A DNA stretch of 64,000 nucleotides from the human T2T-CHM13v2.0 reference genome, Homo sapiens (GCF_009914755.1 NC_060926.1), one strand, 5' to 3'; shown: positions 13,514 through 27,320, numbered from the stretch's first letter. A program made the numbers and translations. Notes: generated by a model from the letters alone, not told the origin.

Positions 13514-14000
13514 GGTGTGTAGGTGTGAGTTTGTGTATGCATGTGTATTTGTGGGTATGAAAGTGTGAACATGTGGGTACACATGTGAATACATACCAGT
13601 ATATGTACACATTTGATCAGGTACACAACTGTTGGTGTGTGGGGGTATGTACATGTGAATATGGAAGTGTGAGGGTGGGGGAGGTGTGCATGTGTGTGTG
13701 AGTGGGCATGCATGTGTGTGCATGTGAGTGTGTGCACTTGTGAGTATGTGGGTTTGCATGTGTGTGGGTGTGTATGTGTGAGTGGGTGTGCACGTCTGCG
13801 TGTGTGGGTGTGCGTGTGTGAGTGTGCACATGTGTGAGTGTGTACATGTGTGGGGGGGTGCGTGGGTGTGCACGTGTGTGTGAGTGGGTGTGCATGTGTG
13901 CGTGTGTGTTGACGTGTGTGGGTGTGCATGTGTGTGCGAGTGGGTATGCATTGTGCATGTGTGTGTGTGTGAGTGGGTGTGCACATGTGAGTGTGTGTGG
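13514..14000. repeat. Degenerate (TG)n / (TGTGCA)n low-complexity tract
   Basis: About 490 bp of TG-rich simple sequence; source of His/Thr and Cys/Val ORFs. Confidence 0.95.
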
Positions 14001-14673
14001 TTGTCAGCTATAACTTCCACTTCCTCCCACCACCTTCTGCAAGATGGAAAACATTCAGAGCAGGGCTAGAAAGCACCCACCTTGACTCTGAAGCAAGCAG
14101 GTGACTGACCTTTCTGGGCAAGGATGTGGAAAAGGGGATGAGAGGCGACTGCGCTGAGATTAGCCTGATGTCAGGATGGCTAGAACAATGAGGTGGACGC
14201 CGGACACTTCCTCTGGTGGCTGAGGGAATTTGCAAGACAGGATGCTCTCAGGAACACTTAGTTCACACAGGGGTATGAAATAGGATCGGTTTTCCCTTCA
14301 TGTTTTATAGTTAGTACTGGTTATTGTGTTATCGCAGTGCACGGTGAAGGAATTCTGATTACTTACTGTCCAGCCGTGCTGGGGATGAGGAGCTCTTGTT
14401 CACAGGCTGGCCAGTGCACTGACCAGTGGGGCTCCCAAATCGCCGGCTCTGGGGCATGTCATGCACACCTGCACCAGGGTACCTGGGAGGCCCCGCAGAT
14501 GCCATGGTGTGAAGCATTTGGGAGGGCAGCACCACAGGGGCAGAGGAATCCACATCTTTAGTAAGAACAATAGCCAACATTCCTCCATGCTTTGGGGCCT
14601 GGAGCTAAGAGTTCTAGATGCATTATCTCATTTAACTCTCAGACAGACTCTGTGTTTAAAGAGCCCTCTAGGT

Positions 14674-14995
14674 CAGCAGTCCCCAGCCTTTTTGGCTCCA
14701 GGGATCAGTGCCATGGAAGACCATTTTTCCACAGAGGGTGTGGGAGGTGGGGGGATGGTTTGGGGATGAAACCGTTCCACCTCAGATCATCAGGCATTAG
14801 ATTCTCATAAGGAGCATGCAACCTACATCCCTCTGGTATGAAGGTCACGGTAGGGTCGGTGCTCCTATGAGAATCTAATGCCACCATGGATCTAACAGGA
14901 GGCTGAGCTCAGGCAGTAAAGCTCACCTCCTGCTGTGTGGTCCAGTTCCTAACAGGCCATGGACCCGTCCTCGGTCCAGAGGTTGGGGTCCTCTG
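14674..14995 (+). mobile_element. MER1B hAT-Charlie MITE
   Basis: cagcagtccccagcctttttgg...cattagattctcataaggagc...ggttggggtcctctg; TSD ctctaggt/atctaggt. Confidence 0.9.
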
Positions 14996-16094
14996 ATCTA
15001 GGTGATGTTGTGCTTGGAAAGAGCCCTTGGGAAGATCAGGAGACTGGGTGCTTCTCCAATCCTGCCACAGTGGGGAAGAGACCGGGCCTCCCAGGTCTCT
15101 TCTACCTGTTATGCACTGTGAGTGAGACTCTGCCTTGTCGTCTCCTGTCTAGAGGGAGGGAGGATGACTCCTGGGGAGAGTGTAGTCATCCTCAGACCCC
15201 CAGAATCCAATGACCACAATTCACTGTCTGGGAGTCAGTAGCTTCCTAAGGGTCCAGATATCTGGCATTTATTTTCTCTTGAAGGACTGGGCAAGTTTGC
15301 AGTTTCTCCCCCAGACTTTAAAGAATAGATTTTCTTGGAGCCACGCAGCACGAGCGAAGCTAAGACCCCAATTAAAGCTGTGTCTGGCTGTGGTGGCGGC
15401 GGCTTTCCTGTGGCTTGAGGGCTGGGAGCTTGGAAGAAAGTGAACTTGTGCAAAGTTGGTCTGGTTGCATGCATGGCTTCCAACACCCACATTTTCCTCA
15501 AGGCTGAGTTGGTGGGCATTTATTTTCCATCGTAAGATTAGTTAGAGAATCCAGATGGTTTTCTGATTTGCCAAAAGCATGCATTCAAGATTAAAAAAAA
15601 AACACCCAAGTGCACTACTTTAGTAGTCATTTGGAACGTTATAATTTTTCCCCGTTTACAGATACAGAAAATATGCAACTCAGTGAATGTGAAAGTCTCT
15701 CTTGGGCAAACCCTGCCTCCCAACACAGGAGAATTTAATCTCCTAGGAAACATATCTGGACATGTACCTCTAAGTATTTATTCGGATGCAAGAATTCAGA
15801 ATATGTGCTGAATTTAAACTCTGACACACAGGGACTGAGGTTTGCTGCTGAAAATACCCAGCGTTTTGTCAAGATGAAGTCATTTTCTTTTTTCTGTCAG
15901 CAGGTGATGGGGAAAAACTTAGACATCAAGGCTGATTAGAGAATGTCATTTCAAGTTTATTCTTGGGTATGAGTGAGGGTGTAAGCCTTGGTTTGGGGCT
16001 ATTTCCTTCCAGGAATGTATTACTTTGCTTGCATTCTCACTTGTAATGCTTTTGAGAAACATGGCTGTTTGAAGAAGAGAGTAATTTGTATCTC

Positions 16095-16200
16095 TGCCCT
16101 CATTTTACAGATCAGGAAACTGAGGCTCAAGAAGGGGATTTGACTTTTGCACACAGTTAGTTCATGGCAGAAGTGAGATCAGACTCCAGAAATCTAATGT
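16095..16200 (-). mobile_element. MIR fragment
   Basis: cattttacagatcaggaaactgaggctca core. Confidence 0.75.
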
Positions 16201-18179
16201 CCAAGTCTTGGGAATTTCTCTGCACCCTGAGATGTCTCCTGATTGATTTCCTGACACAGAATGAATGTCCTGCTTCTTAGTCATGATAATTCACTCAAGT
16301 CATGTCCTTATGAAAATTCCCAATGATAATGCACATGTTAAAGCAATGTAAAAGTTTTGAATTTGCAATTTTAAACTTTCTTCCAATGCAAGGAAAATCA
16401 TGCTTTCTTTATAAGATGTTAGACTTCAAAATACACTTAATTTGATTGTAGGCATAGCTTTCTCTGATCGACTCAGAGAAATATTATTGTCATGCAAAGG
16501 CCGTGTAGTACTGCTGTGGTTTTTGCTGTGTGAACTTAAAAAAGGGAATCTTTTTTTCTATCTATCTTAGTCAACTGACGTGGGGGTTGATTCTCTGGTC
16601 TTTATACCAGCTTACATTCAGTCGTATTAACTGTAGGAAAATGCAAACAGGCTTATGGTCCTTTAGTTTTATTTTGTACTTCTGCTTTCCTCTATAATGC
16701 AGCAATTTAAAGAACGGAACAAATAAATGGAAGATATGGAAATGTGGTTAAACTGTTGGCTCAGAATAATAGAACCCTTTCATGTTCTCTCCAGAACTCC
16801 CTATTCATGTATCATGATGCCAAGTTTTGGCAAATAAGCCAAGTTTGGATTAAGTTACAGCCAAGTATGTTGCCTTTGCCCATTCAATTTATTCTTGGCA
16901 AACTTCAGAGAGTATTTATAATAAAGTCCCATTTCGAACATTCTAGTGCCCCAGTGGAGTTCTAATAACACTGGGTATTTATTTAATGTCTAACTCTAGG
17001 AGTTCAAAGCACTTTACAGACATTCCTTGACTGATCTTAATATCCCTGCAAGATTTTACAGATTGGAAAAGTCAATTGAGGCATGGAGACTTGCTTGAGA
17101 TCACCCAGGAAGACCATGGGATCCCCTAAATTAATCACATACCTCCTGACACTTAGAAGTTTCTGTGCCTTAGATGGTGAAGCATTCCCAACCTCTTATC
17201 TAAATGTTGTTGAATGGAGAGTATTTGTTTATTTCTCCATGGAGATCTTTAATTAAGGAAAGTAGAAACCCCACAAACACCTCTGTTTATGTGTCATAGA
17301 ATTAATTGGGCAATAACTCTTAAAAACTTTGATTCCTTGGCAATGAAGTTAACATTTTGGTAGTTAGAGAACAAACAGTTGGGAGTGTGTCCCATTTAGA
17401 TGAAACAATGGTAGTGATTTTTCCATGGCTTCCAGAGAAGATTCTCAATAGCTTAGGGTGTGTGTGTGCGGAGGGGAGCAGGCAGGGCAGGGGGAGCTGG
17501 GGAGGTTTGGTGGGATCACACAGCTGCAGAGTGGGGAGGTGGCATCAAAGAAAAGTGTTCAAGTATCTCTGTGGTGTCTTCCACCACCCAAAAGACATCA
17601 CCATTCGTCTCTCTGTGATTCTGGGGCACTGGCTATAAGATAGTGACTTAGCACTCTGGGGACATGCTTTGTATTTGCCAGGTTAAGTTTTATATTGTGC
17701 CTGAGATGGAAAAGACACCACATTGAGCTTGCTGCAGATGACTAAAAGAAAGAGGTAGAGTTTGAAGCCCGAGTGCTTGATGGCAACCTGAGTCCTGGTC
17801 AAGACGTTTTCCTATGTCTCTCATGCAAGGAAGTAGTGATGATTTTGCCAATTGCTTCTCTGAAGCACGTGTGGAAAGGCCATTTCAAGGGCTTCTCCCG
17901 ATAATTGCAGAGGTGGTGTCTGCTCCAACAGTCCTGGCCTGGGTCTTGGGGGATCACATAAAAGAAAAGGCTCTTGTCTGTACAACCTGTTTATTTTACA
18001 ACCGCCATATGGTCCGAGGTCTTCTCTGAGATTGTTTGTCGGAGCCAGAATTGAAGCTTGCCCTACCATTTCCCATGTTCTTCCTTCTCTAACATCTGGG
18101 CACCTAAATGCGGGATCACGCTGCAGCTGGGGTTGTTCTCTGCAGCACATGGAGAGGCATCTAGGGTGCACTCAATGCA

Positions 18180-18403
18180 GACCCTGGAGCTGGACTGAGT
18201 TTAATCATTGGAGACACTCAGCAGCTGTGTGACGGGGCATGAGCCACTTACTTCTTTGCACCTCAGTTTCCTCATCTGTAAAATGGCAATAATACTACTA
18301 ATAGTATCTGCTTCATGAAGATGAAATGGACTGATAATATTAAACTCTTAATACTGTGCTTGGCATATAATTAGTGCCTTATTGGTTTAGTAGCTATATT
18401 ATT
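18180..18403 (+). mobile_element. MIR
   Basis: gctgtgtgac...cctcagtttcctcatctgtaaaatgg core and gtgcttggcatata 3' part. Confidence 0.85.
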
Positions 18404-18555
18404 ATTCCCATGAACTGTCCAGATTCTCTTTCTCACCTGGAAACAGATGGAAAGATTGACAATAAAACAAACATAGGTGGGGGCCTATGCATAGGGGGGT
18501 CATTAGCACTGAGAGTTGACAGGGACAACCTCCATGGCCGAGCCTGCAGAGAAAC

Positions 18556-18836
<281 letters not shown>

Positions 18837-19699
18837 TTGATAAGGAACTTTTGCTGGATGAAATGCACACGGGACAACACAGCTGAGGCCGCAGAAGGCA
18901 GCACATTTTTCCCCAGGGATCCGTGAGGGCTGTGGCTGTTGGAAGTGGGTGTTTCAGGGAACTTCCTGAGACTCTAGCCTGGGGACGCAGAGCTCCAGTT
19001 GAGAGTGGGCCAAAGTGAAGACGCCTCTTGGCATCCCTTTGCCCTGGCAGAGCAGTGACCCCCAGAGAAGGCCAAGTTGGGCAGGGGGGCAGCCCAAAGA
19101 CTTCTTGATGTGGAGTTTATCTCTAGGGAGCTTCTCCTGGCCCCAGCAGCAGCAGGCGACTTCCCTGAGCACTTTCGTGACCCACAGTTTCCTTCTGGGT
19201 GGGAAGAGGCACTCCCTCAATTTGGAGAGCATGGTGCCAGAAAGAGGGCTAGCTAAAGTCTCCCAGGCACTAGAGTGGTGGCCTGGCTAGACGGACAGCC
19301 AGACGTGGACAAGGAGGGGTTGGTGTGAGGGTTTCACTTGCCGGAGAAGGCATCGGCAGAGAGCTTCTGACCAAGGGGCTGACAAAGTTCTGCTCACCAT
19401 TGGGCTGCTGAGACCCGACCGGCCTCCAGCTGGAAGTCTGGAGCAGGGGTAGGGGGCAGGAAACAGCAAATGTACCCGGAAAGAAGAGGACCCTCAGAGT
19501 CTCTCACGCTGTTTTTGGTTAGACTGTATCCTGTGACTGACCCAAGCCAACACGCTTATCCATGACAAGATTCTGCAACATTAAAGAAGGAGATTAACTT
19601 ATATCACAGCCAACAGGAGAAAACAGATTTAAACACATTTACTACTGGAAACAGGAGGAAAACTTTGACATCATCTTCTTCCCCTTTTATAGATTCTGT

Positions 19700-20830
19700 G
19701 CAGTAGGAGATGAACTATAAGACAGGGATGAAAAAGGAAGTGGGAGACTTATGGAAAATTGGGAAGAGAAAAATAAGTCTGTAACAAACAGAATTTAAAA
19801 CGGGATTAGAAAAAGTCAAAGTCAATCAAACTTCAAAAAATTGAATCAGTCAATCTGTAAAAGCTCTTCTAAGTTAAAGTGAAATGGTAAAGAAATGAAG
19901 AATATTAGGAAAAATATAATAGCTATTGATGAGACATAATGGTTTCAATGTACTTATAATTTCTGTTCCTAAAGAAAAATATCTAACAAAGGAAGAAAGC
20001 TATTCAATCAGACCATAGAAGTGATCTGCCTTGGACTTTAAAGCTAAAACCAAATAAAAACAACAGCAAAGCACTCTGAATTGACATTGATAAAAAGAGA
20101 TTTGCCAGAAATAAGTAGTCGTGGCAGATAATTTCTTGGCTTTTAAGAAATTACTTAAAATGGAAAAATAAGTTAGGAGAGCAAGGATTTTAAGAATATG
20201 ATTAATAAGCTTGAATTGAGAGCTAAGAGTCGACTGGTATGGTCTACAAAGGAAGACTCCAGCATCTTCTTACGTTCCCATGGGATAGTTACAAAAATTG
20301 ACTGTATATTTAACTATTTTTAAAAATTCAATAAATTTCTAAGAGCAGAAATAGTACCATCCACATTCTTTGACCACAGTGCAATAAAACTAGAGTTAAA
20401 TAATGAAGATATAAACAGGAAACTGCAGGCATTGGAAAATTAAAACAAAGCAAAACAAAACGTTTCTAAATAACTGCTGGGTCAAAGATGAAATCAAAAC
20501 CACAACTGTAAACTATTTAAATGTATTTATGCAAAAGTTTAGCTTCAGCAATGCATATTACAGCATTGACTGCGGCAGTGAAAAAAATGGAACATCCAAA
20601 ATACCAAACACAAGGAGCTAGTGAAAACATCAGGACGCACCCTTGCCATGGAACACTCTGTGGCCATTAAAACATTTTTATGGGCACGGCAAGATGCTTG
20701 GGATATGTCTCACATAAAGGAACTGTAGATACAGAGTCATCCCACTTTTTCAACTGTGGTTATGTTTTATCTGTGGGTGGTAGGGAAATATACATTTTTT
20801 CTTTTTGCTTGTGGCTATTTTCTACTTTGT
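19700..20830 (+). mobile_element. Old L1 (L1M) fragments
   Basis: A-rich; 20348-20404 translates EIVPSTFFDHSAIKLELNN, like the end of the L1 ORF2 endonuclease domain (SDHSAIKLE); atggaacactctgtggccattaaaa resembles the ORF2 3' end. Boundaries approximate. Confidence 0.75.
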
Positions 20831-22303
20831 CTTGATGGGTATTAACTACAGATCAAAATCAACAAACACGGAAAAAGGGGAGAAGGCCAGGGTGGGGAGA
20901 TGATATATGTAATGGCCAAGGGAAACACCCAATTACTGTAGATGGGTCCCTGAGGGTGTGGAATTCACTGCAGCAGGCTCTGCCTGTCCGTATATAATCT
21001 TCAGAAAACATGTCCTTCATAGACACACACTTAAATATAGTTTCATTAGCAACGTTATGAATTTCCTATTAATAGGCCCCAGTTGACGATCTCCACTATT
21101 TGCACGGTAACTGCAACCCACTTACTAATTAGTAATGGTTTAGGGATCCTGAACTGAGTTGGTAATGTTTACTTTTATTTCCAGAAGTGGGTGGCATGTA
21201 TAAACAAGACGAATTCCTCTGAGCCAAGATTCTGAGCGATGGCTGCAGGGTACAATCACCCCTGATACCCCAAAGCACACCTTGGTCCAGAATCTATTTG
21301 CCAGGGATTCCACTGGATGATTAGGTGATTCAGATACATGAAGCTGGATGCCTTCCTCCCAACTTTATTATAATGATCCTTGGATTGGGTAGAACGTATC
21401 CAAGACTTCTGCTGTCAACACACAAGTGAATTATCCATCACATGGCACCTGCTGCCCAGACAGCCCACTCTGCCTGGACCTAAAGGGCTGAGCCAGGAGT
21501 GATGGGGCCCATCGGAATCTCTATCCCACAATTTGTACCCAAGACCCGATGAATCTCATTGGTCTTTATTGGGTGTTTAGATGGAGAAGTGACGTAAATG
21601 TGGACCAGGGGAAGCTGTGAGTTCATTGAGGGGAGATCACTGGACTGCCAGTGAGGTCATTCCACAGGGTCGTAGAGGGTGAGTGATGAGAGGTGATGGT
21701 GGGAGGGAAGAGGGAGCCAGCACAGGAGAGGGGAATCTGGGAAGTCCCTCCAGAGGCCCCCTCTGCACTTCCTGCCATTGAGCTCCTCTGCCAGCCCAAC
21801 AATCCCCCCTTTAGTCTCTCTGGGATTCTGTTACAGGCAACCAAGCAATTAACAGTCAGGCCAGTTACCTTGTGCTTGATATTTAAGAAACTCAGCTTCC
21901 ACATATGGATAACAAAGCAATGTGAAACAGCTTTAAAACATAAGTGAGACTTTAATCATATTCACATTTTCTTCTTCAAAATGTAACAGCCTGCAAACCT
22001 TATAGACAAATTGGACAAAAAGCTTCTACAAACCAAAAAACAAGTAATAACAGGATAAATAACAGTTTAAAAATTATTTGCAGAACTTGATCTCAATGAA
22101 TATAGAGATAATGAAGCAGTTGCAGGGAAAGTGTTGTCATGAACTAGAAATGCTAAACACCAAAAGCATTTAATTAAGAGCCATAATACGTACGAGGCAG
22201 CAGTGTGAACTGCAGAATGATTGACCATTCCTAAAAAGAAGTGAAAAATGACTGCATGAAGGTAAACAAGATTACTTCGGATGCGATTGCCAGAACCGCC
22301 ATC

Positions 22304-22494
22304 TAGTGTTCCCAGATTTAGCAAATAAATACACAAGACATCTGGGTAAATTTGAATTTCAGATAACCATTGACCAACATTTTTTAGGGTAAGCATATCC
22401 CAAATATTGCATGAAATATACTAATTTTTTTTTGTTACTGCTGATCTAGAATTCAAATTTAACTGGATGTCCTATATTTTATCCAGCACCCCTA
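22304..22494. mobile_element. MER53 palindromic hAT MITE
   Basis: ccagatttagcaaataaa...taaatttgaatttcagataa / aattcaaatttaactgg...cccta self-complementary arms. Confidence 0.88.
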
Positions 22495-22532
22495 CCTGCA
22501 TCTCAAGAATGGCTTAATGAATTTTAAAAAGT

Positions 22533-22611
22533 ATAGGTTGGTACAAAAGTTATTACGGTTTCTGTCATTGCTTTTAATGGTAGAAATCGCAATTACTTTT
22601 GCACCAGCCAA
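22533..22611. mobile_element. MADE1 (Hsmar1-derived mariner MITE)
   Basis: 80-bp palindrome taggttggtacaaaagt...aattacttttgcaccagcca in TA context. Confidence 0.93.
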
Positions 22612-24375
22612 TAATATTCATGAAATTGCATTCAGCTCTCTCTCACTTAGGAAATTCTTGACCTTCACAACTCTATTTCATCTAATCCCTTTCCATTAAA
22701 AAGATATCCTTAGCAATGTGCTTTGTGTCAAGAGAGTTGCAATTCTGTTCATGTAGTGTGCCTGGTATTGCAAATGGTGCTGGTATGTTGCACACACAAT
22801 ATTTTCAATCCAGCTTCTAAAAGGTGTTGAGAAATGTTTGTTACTGCTGGTATATTTCCTTAGGAAGCAGGATACCAGGACATCTTGAGGGGTGGATAGG
22901 CAAAGTGGAAACCTGGTAACTAATCTCTCATCCCAAAACCAAAAAAAAAAAAAAAAATCTAAAAACAATCATTGGGAAGATTATTTAATATATGTATTGA
23001 AAACAAAAGCCATTTCCAATGCATTTGTTGGTGTTTGATCCCATGTAGTGGAGGCCTTAGTAACTGGCTCCTTCCTGAGCTTTCTGGGACTTGTGAAGAT
23101 CTCATGTGTATGTTCCTATGGGAACTTTGACCCCTGGGGACATCTATATAGTGAGAAAACTTAGTGGCGTTAACATTTCTAAAAGGTTCTAGAGTTATTT
23201 TATGCAAAGACCTTGTTTCACCTTCAGCTCCTTTCTCCACTGTGCCCTGAGCTGAGGGGACTAAGAAGTGCCAGCCAGGACTCTGGGTCTGAGAGATGCT
23301 GCCTGTATGGGAACTTGTGCTCTGCTGTGTGGACAAAAGGCCACCGTGAAGCATGCTTCTGGAGGCAGAGTGAAGTGGAGGTGGGGGCTCAGCTTGGAGG
23401 TCGGGACCTGCTCGTTGCATCCCTTCTGTGCCTCCACTCCTATGGAACTGTGTGACCCAGGGAGAGATGATTAACTGTCCCCGGCCTCAGGTGTAAGATG
23501 CCCAGTTGGCTGCTGCCAACACACCTGTCAACCTCGCCCTATCCCACAGCCAGTAGCTGATGCACCTCCACGTCCTTCTGCTTGCCATCTGAGGTCACTC
23601 TTTTGTAAAACCAAAAACTGCTTAGTCATAGAAATAAAATGCAAGTTCCAGTCTCTCCTCATGCTGGACTCGGATCACTGCTGCTCAGGCTGCTGCAAGG
23701 GAGCCAGGGTGGGAGAGAGGCTGGCCAGTCTGTGCTGTCCACTTCCTGGAGGTTCATGCTGGATGTTCCCTCCCCTGGGACCTTGCCTGTCCTGCACCTG
23801 GCTACAGATGCTGGGCCCACAGCCAGACGGCAGGGAGCACAGCCAACCGGCATCAGGGTCGAGATTAAAACCCGTCTCCTGGTTCCTGGGCCAGTGTCAC
23901 TGGGAAACGGGCTCAGAGGGAGGAGTCAGAAGGAGAGATCCACACCAGCTGTCTCTCTCCCTTTCTCTCTCCGCCATCTTGCCTCTCTCTTCCCCTTTCC
24001 TCTGGTGCTAAGAAAGCTTTGTAACTCCCGCAGGATGACACTGCTCAGAGGAATCACAGGCTTGGGGGCTTCCAGATTTGTTCCCAGAACTCCACTTTTG
24101 AGCCCCATGAGTGCCTGGGATTTGGGAGTCAGGAATTTTTAAACCACCTGGGTCATTGTGGGATACCAGCGAGTTAGAAATTCAGTTATGTTGTGTTCAT
24201 AGCTCAGAAAGCAGAGTCCTTTGAGCTGCAACTCCTGTTGTCCAACCTCTGGGAGCAGTCCTAAGGTGGGGGCACCCGCAGCACACCCTGCTCCTGATGC
24301 TTGCCCAGTCCCCCCAAGCCTACTCTGCAGGGCGAGGACTGGGATGAGGTGGGCTAAGCAGGGCTCCCACTGTTG

Positions 24376-24784
24376 GATTACTGATGGAGGGTGTCCAGGG
24401 TCTTGGCGTTTTGAACAAAGATTTGGACAAAATGCACAAACAAAGCAAGGACAGAATGAAGAAGCAAAGGCAGAGATTTGTTGAAAATGAAAGTACGCTC
24501 CACAGGGTGGGAGCAGGCCCGAACGCAGGGGCTCAAGAGCCCTGTTACAGAATTTTTGGGGGTTTAAATACCCTCTAGAGGTTTCCATTGGTTACTTGGT
24601 GTACACCCTATGTAAATGAAGAGGATGAAATAAAGTTACAAAATCATTGACTTGGTGTACGCTGTATGCAAATGGAGAAGATATTTCCTGTCATAGCTGA
24701 TGAGTTTCCGTTTGATTTAGTTCTAGGAAGTCAGCGTGAATTGGCTTTGCGTTCCCTGCCTCCAGACCCTATTTTCCTGCCTCA
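24376..24784 (-). mobile_element. MER51 (A/B) ERV1 solo LTR
   Basis: Reverse complement begins tgaggcaggaaaatagggtctggaggcagggaac and contains ttcacgctgacttcctagaactaaatcaaa. Confidence 0.88.
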
Positions 24785-25623
24785 TTTGGGAGAAGATTCT
24801 AATCCAGAACCCGTGGCTCTTCACGCGTACAGAACCAGCTCCACACAGAGACCCCAGAAACCTGCAGATGGTGCAGTCTCGGGAAAGTTTTGTGAACACA
24901 TGGCGAGAAAATATCAGTGCCAGAGAAATAAGTGGGTGAAAGACTCTGTGAGTTTTGGTGATATTATGATATGGTTTTGATTTACTGGTATTGACTGAAA
25001 ATAAAAGAGGGCACAGATCTTTTCTGAAAGTGAATTTTACTTTTGTCTCCGTGGACTTGAGAAAAAGAAAGTCACTACAGAGACACTCGCATCTGCCCAA
25101 TCCTGGGAAGCAAGAACCTATAACACTGCGTTGGCCCTGCTTCAAAAACGAAACAAAGCAACTTCATAAATCCTGGGGCTTGGGCTGGTGCTTGTCATAG
25201 GAGGAACCATGCTGCCCCCTCTAAGATGTGCAAGGCTCTGGGACAATGTGCTGGGGGCTTAATGTAACCTGAGAGGTGGGCGGGGCCAATCACCTGCCTC
25301 AGTCTTGCAGCTGAGCCTAGGTGCAGAGGGGACCCTACCTCCCTGAGGCCATGCTTGCCAGTAACTGGCAGAGCTGGGATTTAACTCTCAGAGTGTCTAT
25401 CTCCAAAACATTCTTCTTGTCTAAATTAGGGAGAAAGAGGCAAACCAGTGTCACATAAACACTGTGTGCCCCTCTTCACTTTCCAAATCTTTCTTCCTAA
25501 CTGTGAATCCTTCCCAGTTTGAGACCCAACAGGCAAGCTCTCTCTGACCTTCCTCCCCGTGAGAATCCGCTGTCATTTCCTGTGCAGTGGACGGGGCCTG
25601 GTAACTCGCTGCTGTGGCCTCCA

Positions 25624-25850
25624 GGTGGTGAAGAGCATGGGGTTTAGGGAGTCTGTAAGAGCAAGTGTTTCAACCCCAGTTCTTTCTCTACATAGGGTGA
25701 TGGCCAAACTCTCTAAGCTCTCTGTAAAGTGGAGACCATAGCATCTACTTTTTTTTTGGATTGCTGTAAGGATTAAGTGAGAAAATTCCGTAAACTTAGT
25801 AGCATGAAACCTGGCACATAGAAGGAATCCACTATTTAATAGCTATTATA
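25624..25850 (+). mobile_element. MIR
   Basis: gtggtgaagagcatgg 5' end, ggattaagtgaga and cctggcacatag 3' end. Confidence 0.75.
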
Positions 25851-27049
25851 ATAGATTAATAATATTCATGTATTTTGCCATTATTTTGCCTCAACTTGAC
25901 TTTTGTATTTTAAGCCTTTCTCCTCTACCAGGATTAAAAGACCTTCTGTATCTGACCCTCATGTAGCAGCAAGCATGTGTGACTGGAAGGACCCCACTAT
26001 CACCCTTTGAATGAGGCTGGTCCCATGGCAATAGTCAAATGGCTGGTGCAGCCCAGTCACTGCCCTGGCACTACCCTGTTGTAGCAAATGCTGGCTGATG
26101 AACTGTTCTGGTACATTCCCGCTGGAATGTCAGAGTGTCAGAGTGGTGGACAGTCCAGGGTGTCTCCCCTCCTTCAGCTGCCTCTCTGTGCCTTGTAAGA
26201 TGAAGACACCAGAAGCCTGCCTACCTTGGCTGCAGGAAACCTAGTTCCAGAAAAGAGTTTTTGAACCAAGTGCCCTTCTCTTCCTTGAATGAATCCTCTT
26301 TGTCTAACCTTTCTGGTAAGATATTAAATGCTGCTTTTGTGCTTGCATGTGTGTTTTTATTAGTGGTTAATTTTTGACATGGTAGATCCTCTTTTCTAGT
26401 ATTCTGGAAGTTATACCTTTGCGCCCTATGTTCCTGCCCCTAGTAAAAGATTCTCTGGAAACAAATTGCATACTTGCTTTTAGTATTTGAAATGCTTGAT
26501 ATGAGCTGTCTCCTCCAAAATCTAAGTCAATTATGATCCCAACCTTGAGCCCTCAGGACAGGAGAAAGTCCGTGGGTGTCCTCACCTGCAGCAGTCTCTG
26601 CCAAGGAGATGCATCTGGCCAGCCCTGGCCTCCTGCCCTCTGAATGAGAGATCCTCTGCCAGCCCTAACCTCCCGCTGGAGTCTCCACCCAGACATCCAT
26701 GGGGACGAGGGTGGCCAGCCTCCTACCAACCGCACCCCCGCCTCCCTTGCTCATGCTGAGTTATCACGGACTGAGCCCCTGGTGCTGGAATTTCCTGTGT
26801 GCAAATGGCCTTGGTGTTATCCTCCTCTTCCTATGTTCTGGGCGAGTCCCAGGGCAGTGGGGCATTTGCTTTGGCCTCCCTGCCCACGTTGCCCTGCAGT
26901 CTTCCTCAGCCTACCATCCACTCAGTGGCTCCAGCCAGAGGCCTTAGAACAAACCATGGTCCCCTCTGTTCCTCACACACTGCATCCATGCCCAGATGGA
27001 CCTTATGCCTTTCCATCTTTCTCCATGTGCCCGGGATCCCCGTTCTACT

Positions 27050-27320
27050 ATATCCTGTCCCCTCATGACAGCCAGGTGACGTTTTGCAACAAAACCCATT
27101 ATCTACCCCCACTCCCCAAAGCCCTCCAAAATATCAGCATTGCATTAAGAATAAAATCCCAACTCCTTGCTAAATCCTGTAACTTTGGGCCCCTGCCCCC
27201 TTATCTGAACATCCCACAGGCCCCTCTTCTCACTCTTTCTGTTTTGAACCTGCTGACTTTCTCTTTATTACTGACCACATCCAGCTGTTTCCTGCCCTGG
27301 GATCTGTGCTCACGAGACTG
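27050..27320 (+). mobile_element. L2 fragment
   Basis: cattgcattaagaataaaatcccaactcctt L2 motif followed by C/T-rich L2-like sequence. Confidence 0.65.

Noticed and set aside
13355-14069. His/Thr-rich and Cys/Val-rich ORFs (also at 47275-47889)
   Set aside because: Translation of TG/CA simple repeats that lack stop codons.
21230-21640. Possible old ERVL LTR (LTR33/LTR16-like) fragment
   Set aside because: Resemblance too weak to call by eye.
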